Shown here: positions 1 through 13,581 of the stretch, one piece after another
How the letters are laid out: each line of letters opens with the position of its first letter
How positions within the stretch are numbered: the stretch's first letter is position 1
Assembly: GCA_009103225.1 (NCBI GenBank)
Contig: RHPI01003261.1
Span: forward strand, 124,001 to 188,000
DNA: 64,000 bases
Direction of reading: 5' to 3'
Origin: Chlorokybus atmophyticus
Lineage: Eukaryota > Plantae > Mesostigma and Chlorokybus algae
Made by a program: the position numbers and the translations under genes
Notes under the pieces: model-generated
Database searches by the model: none
What the model saw: only the letters and a program-made list of their open reading frames with translations
Told to the model about the DNA's origin: nothing

Positions 1-1983
1 CCCGGGACAAAGGCCGAATAGAGTTCGTCCGGCGGCGCCGTTGTTACGACGGCGAGTGAGGCAAAGCTCGAGCAGTCGAGAGCTGGTGAGACATTGATAG
101 TCCTTCTATGTTGTGGCATATCTCCTTATACATTGTCAAGTTCTGCGCTGCTGTTGATATGAAAATGCATTCAGAATTTTCGTTGTTGCTCGTTGTTGTG
201 TTCCTAGGGGTGTTTATACCGTGAATTGGTTCTCAACATTAGGTTGTTCTATGCATGTGCACTGATAAGGTGGTCACGGGTTGTCATGCATCTGTGGTAC
301 TTATGCATGCATGCTGTCATCCATAGGCTTGTGCAGTGCTATCAGCAGACCGCGGCTTGAAGACCCATTTTTCCCAGAATGGCGCACCCAGCATCAATAA
401 TATTCTTGAGGCTCGCATCTCAGAAGACTTGATGGCGAAGCAACAAAGTCGCCTCAAAATTTTCAGCGGAACTGCGAATCGACCTTTGGCAGAGGTATGT
501 TTTCAAGGGCAGGAGTATCACTCGAAGTGAGTAATTCAGATTCATTCATTCATTTCTCCATTTATGCAGAACTTTGCAAGTAACAGCATGCAATTGTACT
601 ACTGATATTGTGCAGGAGATTGCGATGTACTTGGGCGTGGATCTTGGTCAGATCAAGATCAAGAAGTTTGCTGATGGAGAGATTTATGTTAAGATAGAGG
701 AGTCGATACGCGGGAAGGACGTGTTTCTTGTGCAACCAACATCACCACCAGCCAACGACCATTTGATGGAGTTGCTTATTATGATTGATGCATGCCGACG
801 AGCGTCTGCACGCACAATTACAGCTGTCATTCCGTACTTTGGCTATTCACGAGCAGATCGCAAGGTCCGAACCTGCATGCACTGTAATCGATAAAAACAA
901 GATATAGGTCCGAAGCCATGCATGCACTGTTTGGTGTGCTAAGAATAACACAAGTCCTGAAAAGCCATGGCTTTGTGCTGATGTCTTTTGGCTCGTTCAA
1001 CATTAGCTGGTGAGCAGGTATCCGGGCGAGAGTCCATTGCAGCAAAGCTTGTCTCCAACCTGATCACGGAGGCTGGTGCCAACCGTGTGCTTCTCCTAGA
1101 CTTACATTCCGGGCAAGGCATGGGCTACTTCGACATCCCAGTTGATCATGTCTTTGGCCAGCCCGTCATTCTGGATTACCTCGCCAGTAAGATGATTGAC
1201 TCCCGAGACTTGGTGGTCGTGTCTCCTGATGTTGGCGGCGTGGCACGCGCCCGGCACTTTGCCAAGAAACTGTCTGATGCGCCGCTTGCCATCATTGACA
1301 AGAGGAGATCAGCTCACAATGTTGCAGAGGTGATACAAGCAGGCAAATATTGCAAGCTGTGTTCTGGAATATAAAATAACGGACCCTGTTGGAAATGGTG
1401 TGTGAGCTGAATGTATGACCACTGCCAGGTGATGAACCTGATTGGCGATGTCAAGGGGAAGGTTGCGGTCATGGTTGATGACATGATCGACACGGCGGGA
1501 ACCATCACAAATGCCGCAGCTGTGCTGCATGAGGAGGGGGCACGTGAGGTTTACGCCTGCTGCACGCATGCTGTACTCAGGTATGCCTTTTCTGCTGATG
1601 TGTACTCTTGTAAACTGCAGCGGATTGCTTGGCAGTGGGCATCAAATGGCTTGCGGCATGTCCGTCATTACTGCGCACGAGTGTGCGCGCATATGCGTGT
1701 GCGTGTGCTTGTCATACCATCGTGCCGGCGGGCATTGTGTGAAGGAGGAATGCTTGACCTGTTTGTGCTGTGCGAAATGCTGATGCACACCGTGGTACAC
1801 AGCCCGCCTGCTGTGGAGCGCTTGTCAGGGGGCCTATTTCAGGAGGTTATTGTGACGAACTCCATCTCATTGACGAAAGACATGTATTTCCCGCAATTGA
1901 CAGTGCTGTCTGTCGCCAACCTACTCGGTGAGACCATATGGCGGGTGCACGATGAAAGCTCCATCAGCAGCATATTCAACTAG
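1..1983 (+). CDS. PRS: Ribose-phosphate pyrophosphokinase (PRPP synthetase, class I, plant PRS1/2-like); 5' end lies outside the window
   Basis: Spliced GT-AG exons at ~336/378-494, 616-864, 1018-1329, 1429-1580 and 1803-1983. They give RLKIFSGTANRPLAEEIAMYLG, KFADGEIYVKI, PYFGYSRADRK, DLHSGQ, VSPDVGGVARAR and the PRPP-binding motif VDDMIDTAGT. An Arg/Ser-rich stretch at 1-85 could be part of a transit peptide. Confidence 0.95.
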
Positions 1984-2707
1984 CGTGATTGTTGGTGGGC
2001 CAGACCACTCCAGTTTTGTAGATGTTTGTTTTGAGATTATTGTTCTTGTGGGCAAGTTGTTAATGCTGACATTACACCATGTATGCGGCCCGTGCTGCAA
2101 GTGATAATTCTGATCACAGATCCAGCTTGCAGCGCACCACACGTACAAGTAGTAGTATCACTTGCGCACGCGCAATGCTTACACCACACCACGCTCAAAC
2201 CACATGCATTCATTTGGGCACAAATGAAAGTGTGCACAGCGAGTGTCGAGTTAACAGGAGACCAGCAAGGAAGCACCTGAAGTCCAAGTAGCACGCAATA
2301 GCCAACTTGAATGCTGTCTTCGATTGTCCTTTGTGGTGATGATTAGGGTCAGCAGGTTTTCTTGCCACCTAAAATTATGGCCATCGCGGTTGACCGGCAG
2401 CCATCTGCTAGTAGAATGCATGCATCTTACAAATGCATGCATCTTACAAATGCATGCGCGCTATGCATGCTGCATCTTTTGTACACACATCGTGGCAAAA
2501 TTGCTCAGATAACAGTTATTGCGCAGTACCTACGTGATACTCACACAGGTTCAGCAACGGGACGCAACTACTGGACAACTGAACCAGCACAAGGTCTTGT
2601 GTGACCATTGGATGATGGTGGTAGCTGGATATCCTGATCTACACCAGCAACTTTCAACAAGCTGACGTCTGAAGTTCAGACATCCCTTGTAGGCCCCCAG
2701 ATCCCAG

Positions 2708-5700
2708 TTACCGTCGGACCCGGTCGCTGCCTCTCCTGCCATCCTCTGCATCCCGATGGCGCTCGCCATCATGTCGACTACTCCTGTCCCTGTCCCTGTC
2801 CTTATTGCTGCGCTCCAGCCTGTCCCGTTTGACTCTTTCTCGGTCCCAATCCATTGGTTTGTGCTCTTTTTCCGTATCCTGGTCGCGCCCGTCTCTGTCG
2901 CGCCTGGAATCCCTGTCATGCCGCGCCTCTTTGCGTTCAAAAGAATCAATGTGCTCTTGAAACAGCACTTCACGCATTGTTCTCGGCAGGCCGCTATAGC
3001 GGTCATCGCCCCTCAGCATATGCTTCGCATCGGACCACGACTTGGGTTTCTTATCTCTCCAAAAGCGTGCAGACAGCTTCTCACTGAGCAGCTCTCTGTA
3101 GTCCTGCTTGCAGCGCTGCAAATACAACACAACAGAGCATACCTGAGACACTGCCATCTTGCAAACTTTGTCGCTCACATGCAGCATGTGCAGCTCAGCC
3201 CACCTCTACTAACTTGGCATAGTACTCCTTGAATAACCTTTCTTGCTCGCTTGCATCCAGATCTGGAGCGTCGAAGCGCTCATCCTGTTCAAGCTTTCTT
3301 CGCACATCCGACCAAGTCACCTACGCAATGCAGCCCAGTTACCAGCGTTGTGTGCTGCGTTATGCTGTAGACACAAGTCTTTTGAACTGCGGGACATGCA
3401 TTGATTTCAAGTCAATGTGTACCTCAGCACTGGTCACTTTCTCAGCCAGCAGTTGCTGATAACCGTCAACGGCGTCTTGCTTGCGTAGTTTGGCACGCCG
3501 CTTGTCATTCTCCTCCTCATCGCGCTCCTTGCGCTTGCGCTCCTCTCTCTCATGAGCACGCAGTCGCTCCTGTATCACACATCACACAAGCATCATTCCC
3601 TGGAACCTACCATCAGGGGATATTAGGAAAAGTCTACATGTCCACGCCACGCATGCAGTGAAAATGTTGCACGATAGGATACACGTGCTCACCTCCTCGC
3701 GCTGCTGATCTGCAACCGCCTTGCGAGCTTCAGACTCTGCAGCTTCCAATCCTCTGACATGGCGCACAAACAAGCGTTCCCGCTCATCACGCCCAAGCGC
3801 TTCATACCGTGGGTCATCTGCAAGCTCCTCTTTGACCTGCAAAGAGATGCATTGGAACTGAGGTTTTTGTGCAATGGCCTTATGGCATGCTTTTGCTTAC
3901 TGCCAACGTACACACTCACATTGAACCAGCGGGCATTTGCTTTCACATTGTGCTCGCCAAGCAGCTCAAGAAACTCCCTCTCAGCTTTCAGCTGGCGCTC
4001 CTTCTTTTTCTCTTCTTCTGCCTTTCGCAAAGGTAAGGTCCTGCAGCCATCATAAGTTGTTCAGTGCACAAGCTCGCTCCATCATGTCCCACCCGCACAC
4101 GCAAGTCAGACCCTCAGCAGCACTAACAGACCGCTCAAGAAGTATAGCTTCTCTTTCTTTGGGTTCCAAGGCGTTGAACCGAGGATCGTCACCCCACGTC
4201 TGCGCCAAATCGTCGCACTTTGTCTCCCAAGTAATCACCTGCACAATAGTCAGCATCAGCAGGATGCACGCTCCCAACCTGGTACCAGTCCTGATGAATA
4301 TGCATGGCTGCAAAGCAGCATGAACACACTGCTGAGCACGGCTAGTTGCATGTTCCAATACATACAAAATGTTGTCATGTTCACAAGACCTCCTGTTAAC
4401 TGTATTTGGAATCTCGAGTCTGCAGATGTAGCACATAACAAACTCGCACAACAGGTCAGAGGCGTCACAAAAAGGTTTGGGGTTGGTACTACTGCGGTAC
4501 ATGGAGGGATAAGGCCAGGGGTGCTGTTACCTTTGCAACAAGGCGTGAGACGGGAGAACAACTGACTCGTGCCACACACAGCAGAAGGTTCCAGGCAGCC
4601 AAAGCTGTTGTCGGCTCTAACATCAACACAAGTAGAGATGCAGCAATGCACACAGTTGAGGTGCGGCTGTGACAGCGTGTTGTTGCCAAAAAAACCAACT
4701 CGACACGTGCGTACTGAAAGTCACGCAAGGCCCACATCATGCACCCACCTCTGTGGCTTCGTCAAGCAGCTGGCGGAAGCCATCGACAGCAATGCGCAAT
4801 GCTGCCCGCCTCTCTTTGCGCTCCTCTTCAGCCCTTGTCTTCACATAGTGCTCAAACAACGCACGGCGTTCTGCATGCGTCGGAACAAACTGCACAGAAC
4901 TAAACCTCTCAGCAAGGCAGAAAGAAAAGGCCGCGCGCAATACTATTGCTGCAATACGGCACTAGTCTTACATTTGCGCAGAGCACGAGCCCTTGCCTTG
5001 AATCTGGGGTCATAAATAATCTTCGGGAGCTCCTTCTCCCACTTTGAGAAGGGCAACACACCCTTCTCCTTCAGCATGTCCTGTTTCCCCGGCCGCGACG
5101 TCAGCGGGCATGTAATATAAACCATATGATCTGGGCAATGAAAGGAACAAGACAAAGAAACAACAACAACAATACAGCATTACTCTGAAGTGCTCTGCAC
5201 GCTCCTCTTTCGTGAGTTTCTTGCCGTAAATTTCCGGCTGGGCTGCCTCCTCCTCCTCCTCCTCGCTAGACTCGCTCTCAGCTTTATGGGCAGGGGGCGC
5301 CTCCGGAATGGGTAGAACTAACTTCTCCTCTGGAGGGGTGGATGGAGCCACGCTGGCGTCTGCCAGCTTCTTTTTGACAGCTTCCAGTGGTGCTTTAACT
5401 GGTTGGGCCTCAGCAACGGGTTCCTGAGCTGAAGTCGCTTCCTTTCCTGTGGGCTGTGCTGTACGGTCGGCAAGTTCAGCAGGCACTTGCCAGCTTGTTT
5501 CCTGCCAACAGCATTGCATCCGTCAAACCAAAGGTTTGCAAATGCAATGCGCCTTATGGCGGCATGTAGACTGATGTATAAAGATAATATGTACCTTGGT
5601 TTTGGCGTTGTAGTAATACTTCTTGCCATCGTCTGTGTGGACAATTGCCCAGCCTGTCCCCTTGACCTTGTCTCTGCACACCACCACGACTCTGTACCTC

Positions 5701-7189
5701 AGTATGCTTCTTACCAATGCTGCCACATGCGACAAGGATGACAATACCACTTCAAACAGTAATGCTGGCCGCATTGATGGTCGCTTACACAGATACTGGC
5801 CGTGGCTGCGCGTTCACCTTCGTTGACTGCACATAAGATGCAAACCAAGTTACAACTACCGTGCAATTTGCAATCAGTGACAGCAGAGTTGCACACGCCC
5901 CACCTCTCCCTTGAAGCCTTTTGGTTTGGTATATGTGGACTGTCCAGTCCGCGCATTGAAGTAATAGATGACGCCATTTGCATTGTGCGCAGTCCAGTCT
6001 GCCGCATCCTGCCCAGCCGCATCTTCAGCGACATCAACATGCTTTACAGCCGGCGCGGGGCCCTCGGGCATGAACCCTGGCCTGGTTGGCACGAGCAGCG
6101 GCGGCGGGTAAAGCCCTGGAGGCACTGGGTAAGGCGGTCCCGGACGATGGGGTGGGATGCCAGGTGGCAGATGCGATGCGAAGGGCCTGGGTGGGCCATA
6201 CGGACCTGACCCTAAGGCCATTCTTGGGCCCGGGGCAGTCCCTAGCGCCCCACCAAGTGGCCCATGCTCATGCTCGAGCTGACCATCTGCGTGAGGATCC
6301 TGGAACCCAGGCGTGGGACCTGACCCTAACACGGGACCTACGCCTGGCGGTGATGTGAAGCCGCCATGCAAGGGAGGAGTAGGCCCTTGGCCTGGTATGC
6401 TGCTGGGTCCTTGTACAGGAACACCAGGCGGCCCGGGGAAGCCAAGTGTGGGTCGCCCTGACAACTGCACAGCAACAATCAATAAGGTGAACAGTAACGG
6501 CTGTGAAGGCTACTCACGCGAGAGACCCCAATGCTATGAAGCTCACTGCTCAGTACCTAATCGCATGCTAACAAACACAGCCAGGTGAGCAAAGGATTGA
6601 ACATGCATGTGGATTTGCGCGTTGCGATGGGATAAAGGTCACACTGCAGGCAAGTCAAGCGGGCATGTGGCTTGTTGCAACATCCGGCATTGTTCGTTCA
6701 GTAGCACTATCCTGTTAACATCTGGCTAAGCACATGAACAAGAACTGCACACACTCATGTCGCTTGCGCGGCACTTGAAAGCATGCACTGTATTACTTTA
6801 GTAATCAGTGATTCCATTGTGACTGGCACAGCCAGGTGCTGCCTTGCACGTATCAAAGCCAGCACTGGCCAATCAGCTGGCAGCAAGCAACGGATTGGTT
6901 TGCTCAGTACTGCCCAGAGGATTGGCCCGTGCATATGCTAACTGTGTGAAACAACAACAGCATACCCTATCGCAGTGGCGTTTCTTACCTCAGAGGGCGG
7001 TGCATGCGGCCATGGTGGTGGGTGACCGTTACCACCAGCTCCTTCTGGCGGCCGAATGTGCGGCGGTCCGGGGAGCGGCTGCACCACCGCTGGCCGCTGT
7101 TGCTGATGCCCCGGTGACGGAGGAAGCTGCTGCTGCTGCAGTGCCGCAGCATGCTCACCAAGAGGCCTGTCCTGCTCAGGACTTTGCAT
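2708..7189 (-). CDS. PRP40C: Pre-mRNA processing protein 40C / TCERG1-like (Pro-rich N-terminus, 2 WW domains, multiple FF domains, RD/RE-rich tail)
   Basis: WW domains WTAHNANGVIYYFNARTGQSTYTKP and GWAIVHTDDGKKYYYNAKTKETSW; FF repeats (MLKEKGVLPFSKWEKELPKIIYDPRF, WGDDPRFNAL, LADDPRYEAL, WSDAKHMLRGDDRY). About 13 exons; first ATG at 7189. Confidence 0.93.
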
Positions 7190-8135
7190 TATCTGGCAGC
7201 ACCCGCCTTGAGCTCGGCCTTGATGGCTTCCTCCCTTTTTTGCAAGCTACGGCCTAACCTACTGGAAGCGACTGCCGCAACAACAGCGCCCAGGCATGAG
7301 CCTATGGCGCAAGCTTGAGCTGCTAGTGAATTGAACAACAGCAGCCTTGACTGTTGCTGAAAATGTCCAGAGTTTTCAGGTCAAGTTGCTTAACTCCTCA
7401 AGCCATGCCGATCCTGAGACAGCTGGCAGTCCCGCCCCACCATGGCAAGTGCATGCATGCCGGCACGCCCGCCCGCCGCCCGCCGCCCGCACCGCTCACC
7501 CCACAGAGGACACAAACCCTATCACTGCCTCTTCCACGCGCTCTGATTGTTCCGTGAATGGCGTTTCAACTTCAAACTTTCAAGTCTTCTGTCATTGTTC
7601 CATGCAGCAAGTGCTTTGAATAAACTCTGTACGTCCGCTTTCACTGACGCACGCCTTCCATAAAGGGTGCCTTGTTTGCAGCCTGGAGATTGAAGCGCAC
7701 AACTCAACAACATACCAACTTGCTTACGAAGACATAACCTGTTCGTAGATACGTCATGCATCTTCGCTCAGGATGTCACATTATGCAGTCTGTGTACTTG
7801 GATTGTGCTGACTGCGTTGTGCTGCAGAGTTGCACAGGTGTGGGTGACACAACACTCCTATTTTGTGCTTACACACATAGCACAGGATGCGCCGAAGAAG
7901 CCTTTGCCCACTTGCAGACGGTGTGATACTGTGATCACCTCAAACCCATGCTCAATCAACACATGACAATGTGATGACTGCATACAACGCATGTCCCCGC
8001 GCTGCAACTGGTGCCACAATCTCTATAGCAAAAGATGCATTGATTTATACAAACTGCAACTAACTTCTCGGGCTAAGGTGCTGGAGTGCAGCGAGCTACT
8101 AACTAGGGAAACAACTGAGTTTCAACACGCATGCG

Positions 8136-10837
8136 TTAAGTCGAGTTGTCTGCTGCGCGCTTCTCCATTACATGCCTCATGGCGTCCTCCATCAGGACCT
8201 TTGCTGTCTTGGTGCGGATGTCACCCGTCTCCTGCGGCGCAACGGCCTCTTGGAAGATACGGCCCAACACACGCAGGCCCTTCGCCCGCGCCTTCAGCAC
8301 CGCCGGACTGGTGCTGGATGGAGACACTGGTGAGGAAGCACTTGCGTACAATGCCTGCAATTGTTCAACCCTGGTCAGCATGGCGCATGCACAGACCATG
8401 AACATACAACAAGCAGACAGCTGGCAGTGTCGCTTGACTTGAGGCTTTTGTGTGCAACCCATCCATGTGTCATACCATTGTCAACACTGCTACGATTCTC
8501 ACCATGTGGCAGACCCTTTGCAACGTGGCCTCAATGTCAAGAATGTTCGCTCTCCACATTGCGTCCAGCATGAGGGGTAACGACTCTTCCATCAGCAATT
8601 CAACGGAAGGACCTTTATCGTTGCCCGGGCGACCCATGGCTTCAGCAATGTTCTTGGCTGCCAACTGCCTTTCCATTCGCTGTTGCGCTTGGTGCACTTT
8701 CAATGCGGCGCCTAGTGCTGCAAATTGTGACCGTAATGTGTGCCCTTTCCTCCTGCACACACGCCAACAACGACTGTAAGCAATGAAGCTCTCAACCCAC
8801 AAGTGCCACAGAAGTAAAAATTACCGAGCATCACACATTGCTAATGCATACACCGTGCAAGCACAACCCCTTACTTGAGCATGGTCAGGCCGCCCTCAAA
8901 ACCTCCCAACGCTTCACACGCCTTGCTTTCATACATGTAACCAATTGTATGCAGCATGGTTTCGCCATATGAAGCAGATGCCAGTGTTGCAGCCTCTGCG
9001 ATCATGGCTTCAACAAAGCCTGCCTCATCGCCCTCAACCCATCGTCGCAACAATGCGCACAGCAGTGTAGCCAAGCGTACTTCCCGCTCATGCTGACTCT
9101 GCTTCAACTCGCCGGCGCTCATCTCTCCTCCCGCACATGCTAACGCTGCCAGCTTCAACTCGCCTACCAAGTGCTCAAAGCGATCGCTGCCAAACAACAT
9201 GGCAAAGAAAGCCGCAGAGTCCATGAAGTTGACGTCCAGCCCTTCCTTGCCATGCTTGTCATACTTAGCTCGCAAGTCTGGATCGCACAACACCTGCACC
9301 CAAGCACTGCATGTTTACCAACCGTGAAAGTAAACTCCAGCCCAATGCAGGGCTGCCCACCAGATGCAATGCTTACCTGATATGCTTCCCCAATGGCCTG
9401 AAACCGTGCATTGGCATCAGGGTCGTCAGGGTTCTTATCTGCACGTATAATGCTTCAGGACGATGCGAAGCGCATGCAGATCACATTACAAGCAACCCAG
9501 CTCATCTATGGAAATGTCCTGATTTTGCCTTGTAACCCCTTCGTAGCACACCTGGATGCAGCTGGCGGGCGAGTATGTAGTAACTGCGCTTGATTTCTTC
9601 CGGAGAAGCATTTGGCGTAACTCCAAGCAAATCATAGTAACTTTTTTCTGACACGAAACCATCCAAGCCTCCATCCTCACGCAACCGCTGCAATGTGCGT
9701 TTATAGTTGAGTATACACGTTAGACAGGCAACTCGTGCACACCTGATCAAGTGTTGCAAAGGGTACCTGGCGATGCCGTTGCCGAGCATTGCTAAACACA
9801 TCGTTTTCGACAGTCAAAGCTAAGACTGGCGGATCAACCCACTCTCGCAGCTTGTCATCCCAGATTCGTCCATTTGCCTGTAGCAGCATGATGTACATCA
9901 CCTTGCACAGTGCAATAGCACTATACTCTACCTTATGGTGCCGGCAACTGCACCTAGCAACTGTCAACCGATGCTTGAACTGCAAGCTAGTCAAGACAGG
10001 CCTTTCAAAGCTTACACATTACATGACAATGTGCTCTACAATGCTGTTGCTGCCCTAATGCTCCTTGCAGTAACTGTAGAACATTTGGCCATGTAAGGTG
10101 AAGAATCGTAACTAGTTGATTTTCTCAAAATCGCGCATCCGCAAATCTCCTGTCCACTGTGCACTACCAGGAGGGTGCAACATGCAACATACAGCCTACC
10201 TGCTGTTGGATGGCTTTAGGTGTGTTGGCCAGGCCTCTCCCAATCTGAGCAACGCCCACGCACACTCCAGCAACCGGCAGGACAACAGCGCCCATGAGCC
10301 CTACGCCAACACCCTTTGCAAACCCCTTGGGACCCTCTTGCATGGCTCCAACAGCTGGTGCTGCCACAAGCCCAACTGCTCCAGCGACCACTCCTTTGGC
10401 TATCGACTGTACGCATAATAAGTAGCTCATGATTAGTAGCGCATAGATGACACCTGGGCAGGCTATGGGAGAACAAGTGAACGCTGACTTGCAAGTATGC
10501 CTAAAGGCGCTATAAGCTACCACATGCTTATATGGTTGTACTGTATGGTATTAGTACTTCATACCGGCATGCACAGGTCACGCACTTGACCATACCTGCC
10601 CCGCTTAGGTGGGATCTAGCTAATAACACGTGTGTGACAGGCAAGGTGTAATGTTCAGAAGCCCAATGAGTAACAGAGACAAGTAGACAGCGACTTGCAA
10701 AAGTTGTTGTCTCTCACCTTGAGACCAGAAGCAGTGCCAGCAACCACGTTTTTGGGTTTGCGTAAGGAGAAAAGCGGCTCCATGTCCGGCAGCTCACTGC
10801 CGTTCATGACAGCCTCCACTTCGCTTGAAGCCCCCAT
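8136..10837 (-). CDS. DnaJ-domain protein with C-terminal DnaJ-X domain and Gly-rich amphipathic N-terminal extension
   Basis: J domain [63 protein letters not shown], with HPD split by an intron; X domain (FAMLFGSDRFEHLVGEL ... ANILDIEATLQRVC ... RAKGLRVLGRIF). Start Met uncertain (10837, 10807 or 10783). Confidence 0.88.
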
Positions 10838-11568
10838 GGCGACAACGCCGCTGGTGCAGCCTACCCTAGCAACTAGTCCGCCAGGCCTGAGCTCACGCAC
10901 TCAGCAAGCCGAGCATATGACTGCAGCAAGCAGCACTGCTGGCTCAGCGCATGGAACAATATGCCGCCGTCGCTTCTAACCAGCCAGTCAACTTTTGCAA
11001 CAGCACGCACAAGCTAGCTGGGCACGCTAATCATGCTGCTGTTCAATGCTGCTACCAAAAAGACGCAGCAAAAAGATGCTGTCTCGGCTCCCGCGAGACC
11101 CACAACTCCAGCGAGTTGCTGGCAGCAACAGCCGAACCACTACACTACTGTAGCAGCTTGTCACATCAACCAGCACGGCCTGGTAGCACAGATCAACCTA
11201 AGCCTCAGGCCCTAAGCCCTCCAGCCTATTGCAGTATACAGCGACACAGAGCGCCACGTAACCAACCAAGCAGGGAGGAACGAGCGTTTGAGGGAACCTC
11301 CCTTCAAGATGGGGCACAGATTATTACAGCTGCAGTACGCGTCTTTGCAGAAGCAGGTGGCTGCGCTGCGCAGCCACACCAACAAGGGCCACCACCCCCA
11401 CCACCGCCACCGTCGCCCACTTTGCCCGCCTCGCACGCACGCAGCAGGTACTCTGTATGTCGACGAGCCGAGAAGATGCGTAACTGCGGTACCAGACGTA
11501 TATCAAACTCCTTCGCGATACCAGTCGGTGTTACACTGCCACGTGGCAAGTGGGTGGCGACGGGAGTT

Positions 11569-11600
<32 letters not shown>

Positions 11601-11724
11601 TACCCGGGGTTGTCGTACAGGGTTTGTACGTAGTCTGTGATAATCAAGCTGCAACACTCGGTAAACGCCATTGTAGAAGGTTTGTGAGCCAAAAAGGGGT
11701 CGTTGCTTTGCGGAGGGTGGCGCG

Positions 11725-11732
11725 TAGGGTTT
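11725..11732 (+). promoter_or_regulatory. Telo-box (TAGGGTTT) upstream of CCDC130
   Basis: Exact 8-mer, ~90 nt before the ATG. Confidence 0.55.
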
Positions 11733-11818
11733 CGCAGCTAAAAGGCACAGAGGTGGAGGTCGTCGTCGTTAGTCGTCGCCTTCGTTGACATCTACGCTGC
11801 TTGTGAGGTCTCTACAAG

Positions 11819-13581
11819 ATGGTAGGTGTCATGGCGCCTATCATTCAATTCTGATGTTGGCGTAGGCAAAATTCAACCTGTTGTTTTGTAGTTGCCCGGT
11901 GCTCAGCTTTTTGGTATTGTTGTGCAGTCGACGTTAGCTGCGGCGCGAGCCGATAACTTCTACTTCCCGCCGGAATGGACACCAGAACAGGTCAGTCATG
12001 CAATGCGGTAGACTGTTTGAGCAATCTCCCATGCGTCCTTGCTACATATGCTAATTGCATGTGTGCAGGGATCATTAAACAAATTCCACGGATCACATGG
12101 CGCCCTTGGCGATCGTGCGAGAAAGCTGGATCAGGGCATTCTCATCATTCGGTAAGTTGTGTTGCGGGTAAATTCGAAAAACACTAATAATAATGCTGTG
12201 GCCCAGGGCCAGTGGAAGGTTACTGAATACTGCACCTTGCATGCAGATTCGAGATGCCATTCAATGTTTGGTGCTTGGGCTGCAAAAGCATGATTGCAAA
12301 AGGTACGTGCTGCACGGACTTGATTAACCATCTTGCCAGATTGCTTGTCATTATTGAATGTACTGCTTATATCTACCAACATGCAGGTGTCCGTTTCAAT
12401 GCGGAGAAGAAGCAGATTGGAAAGTACCTGTCTTCGAAGATATGGTCTTTTACAATGAAGGCACCATGCTGCAGGCAAACCATTGAGATACACACGGACC
12501 CAAAGAACGCAGAATACATTGTGGTACGCATCCCCGTTACCAGCTTGCCAGAATTTGATGACGGGCATAAATCAAACATGTTGCACGATTGCATTAGACT
12601 AGATTCACATGTTGACTTTGCCTGCCCTTCTGACAGGTGCAAGGAGCTGAGCGCAAAATTGAAACATATGAGGCTGTGGATGCCGAGGTGCTAGAGCTTG
12701 CTGGTGACGAAGGCAAGTTGTCACTGCGCCAACCGTAGTTGGGCATTTTGCCTGCGCGTAAGGCTGCTGTACTTATTGAACCTTTGGCCTGACGCGCGGT
12801 TGCTCTCTCAGATAAGGAAAGGTTGAATGACCCGCTTGCTCGTCTGGAGCATGTAGAAGATGACGCGCGTCGTGCTCAAGAAGAAGCTCCCAGGCTTGCA
12901 CGGATACAGGTATGATCTGATACACTGGCTCAATGGCTTGGTGGTGCTGCTGCAATGTCCCATCAGTTGAACAACACTCATACACTGGAGCTTGTGCAGA
13001 GAATGAATGCAGAGCGACATGGACAGGACTACTCCCGCAACAAGGCTTTGCGAAAGACGCTGCGTGTAAGTTCCGGCCTGTATTGCATTAAATGATTCAT
13101 GTTTTGTACTTCCTTGCATCGTGCTTAACTTGGCCAAGTCTGCACGCAAGGCCCTCCTGCCGCCAATCCTGTGTTGCTTAACAATAGTTGTGCACACAAG
13201 TTCACTGACATGCGACTCGGCATGCAGGATCAAAAGAAACGGGTCGCAGCAGAAGAATCGGAAGCCAGGGCCAAGGGGCTGGCCATCCGGTTGCTGCCAG
13301 CAGCTACAAGCGACGCAGAACAGGCGTCTGCAACCGTCTTTGCTTCAGCCGATCCTCGCAGAGAGTCTCCCTTTGTACAAAAACGGGCTGTCAAGCGCGC
13401 GGCTATTCGGGCCTCATCAATTTTTGCACCCTCAAGTAACAGCGCAACGCCGTTGGTGTCTTCGAGTTCTATCGGTGCCAAGGCCAGGTTGTTAGCAAAA
13501 CGCGCGAGAGTAGATGCTGCAGGCGCATTCAGGTTGGCCAGTTCGGGCATCCCGCGTGCACCGCGTGCTAACAGGACGTGA
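11819..13581 (+). CDS. CCDC130: CCDC130 / YJU2B-type splicing factor (DUF572 zinc-binding)
   Basis: ATG-only first exon (11819-11821, then GTAGGT). Spliced product [28 protein letters not shown]...[31 protein letters not shown]...[25 protein letters not shown]; last exon ends at 13581. Confidence 0.95.

Noticed and set aside
2416-2460. Short tandem duplications (ATGCATGCATCTTACAA x2; also AGAGCACCTCATC x2 near 23931 and (CAGGCT)3 near 34023)
   Set aside because: Ordinary slippage repeats in UTR or intron DNA
11594-11672. Short minus ORF MAFTECCSLIITDYVQTLYDNPG* ending in NPG, like a 2A peptide
   Set aside because: Lacks the D(V/I)ExNPGP consensus, and its ATG probably lies in the divergent promoter rather than in a transcript
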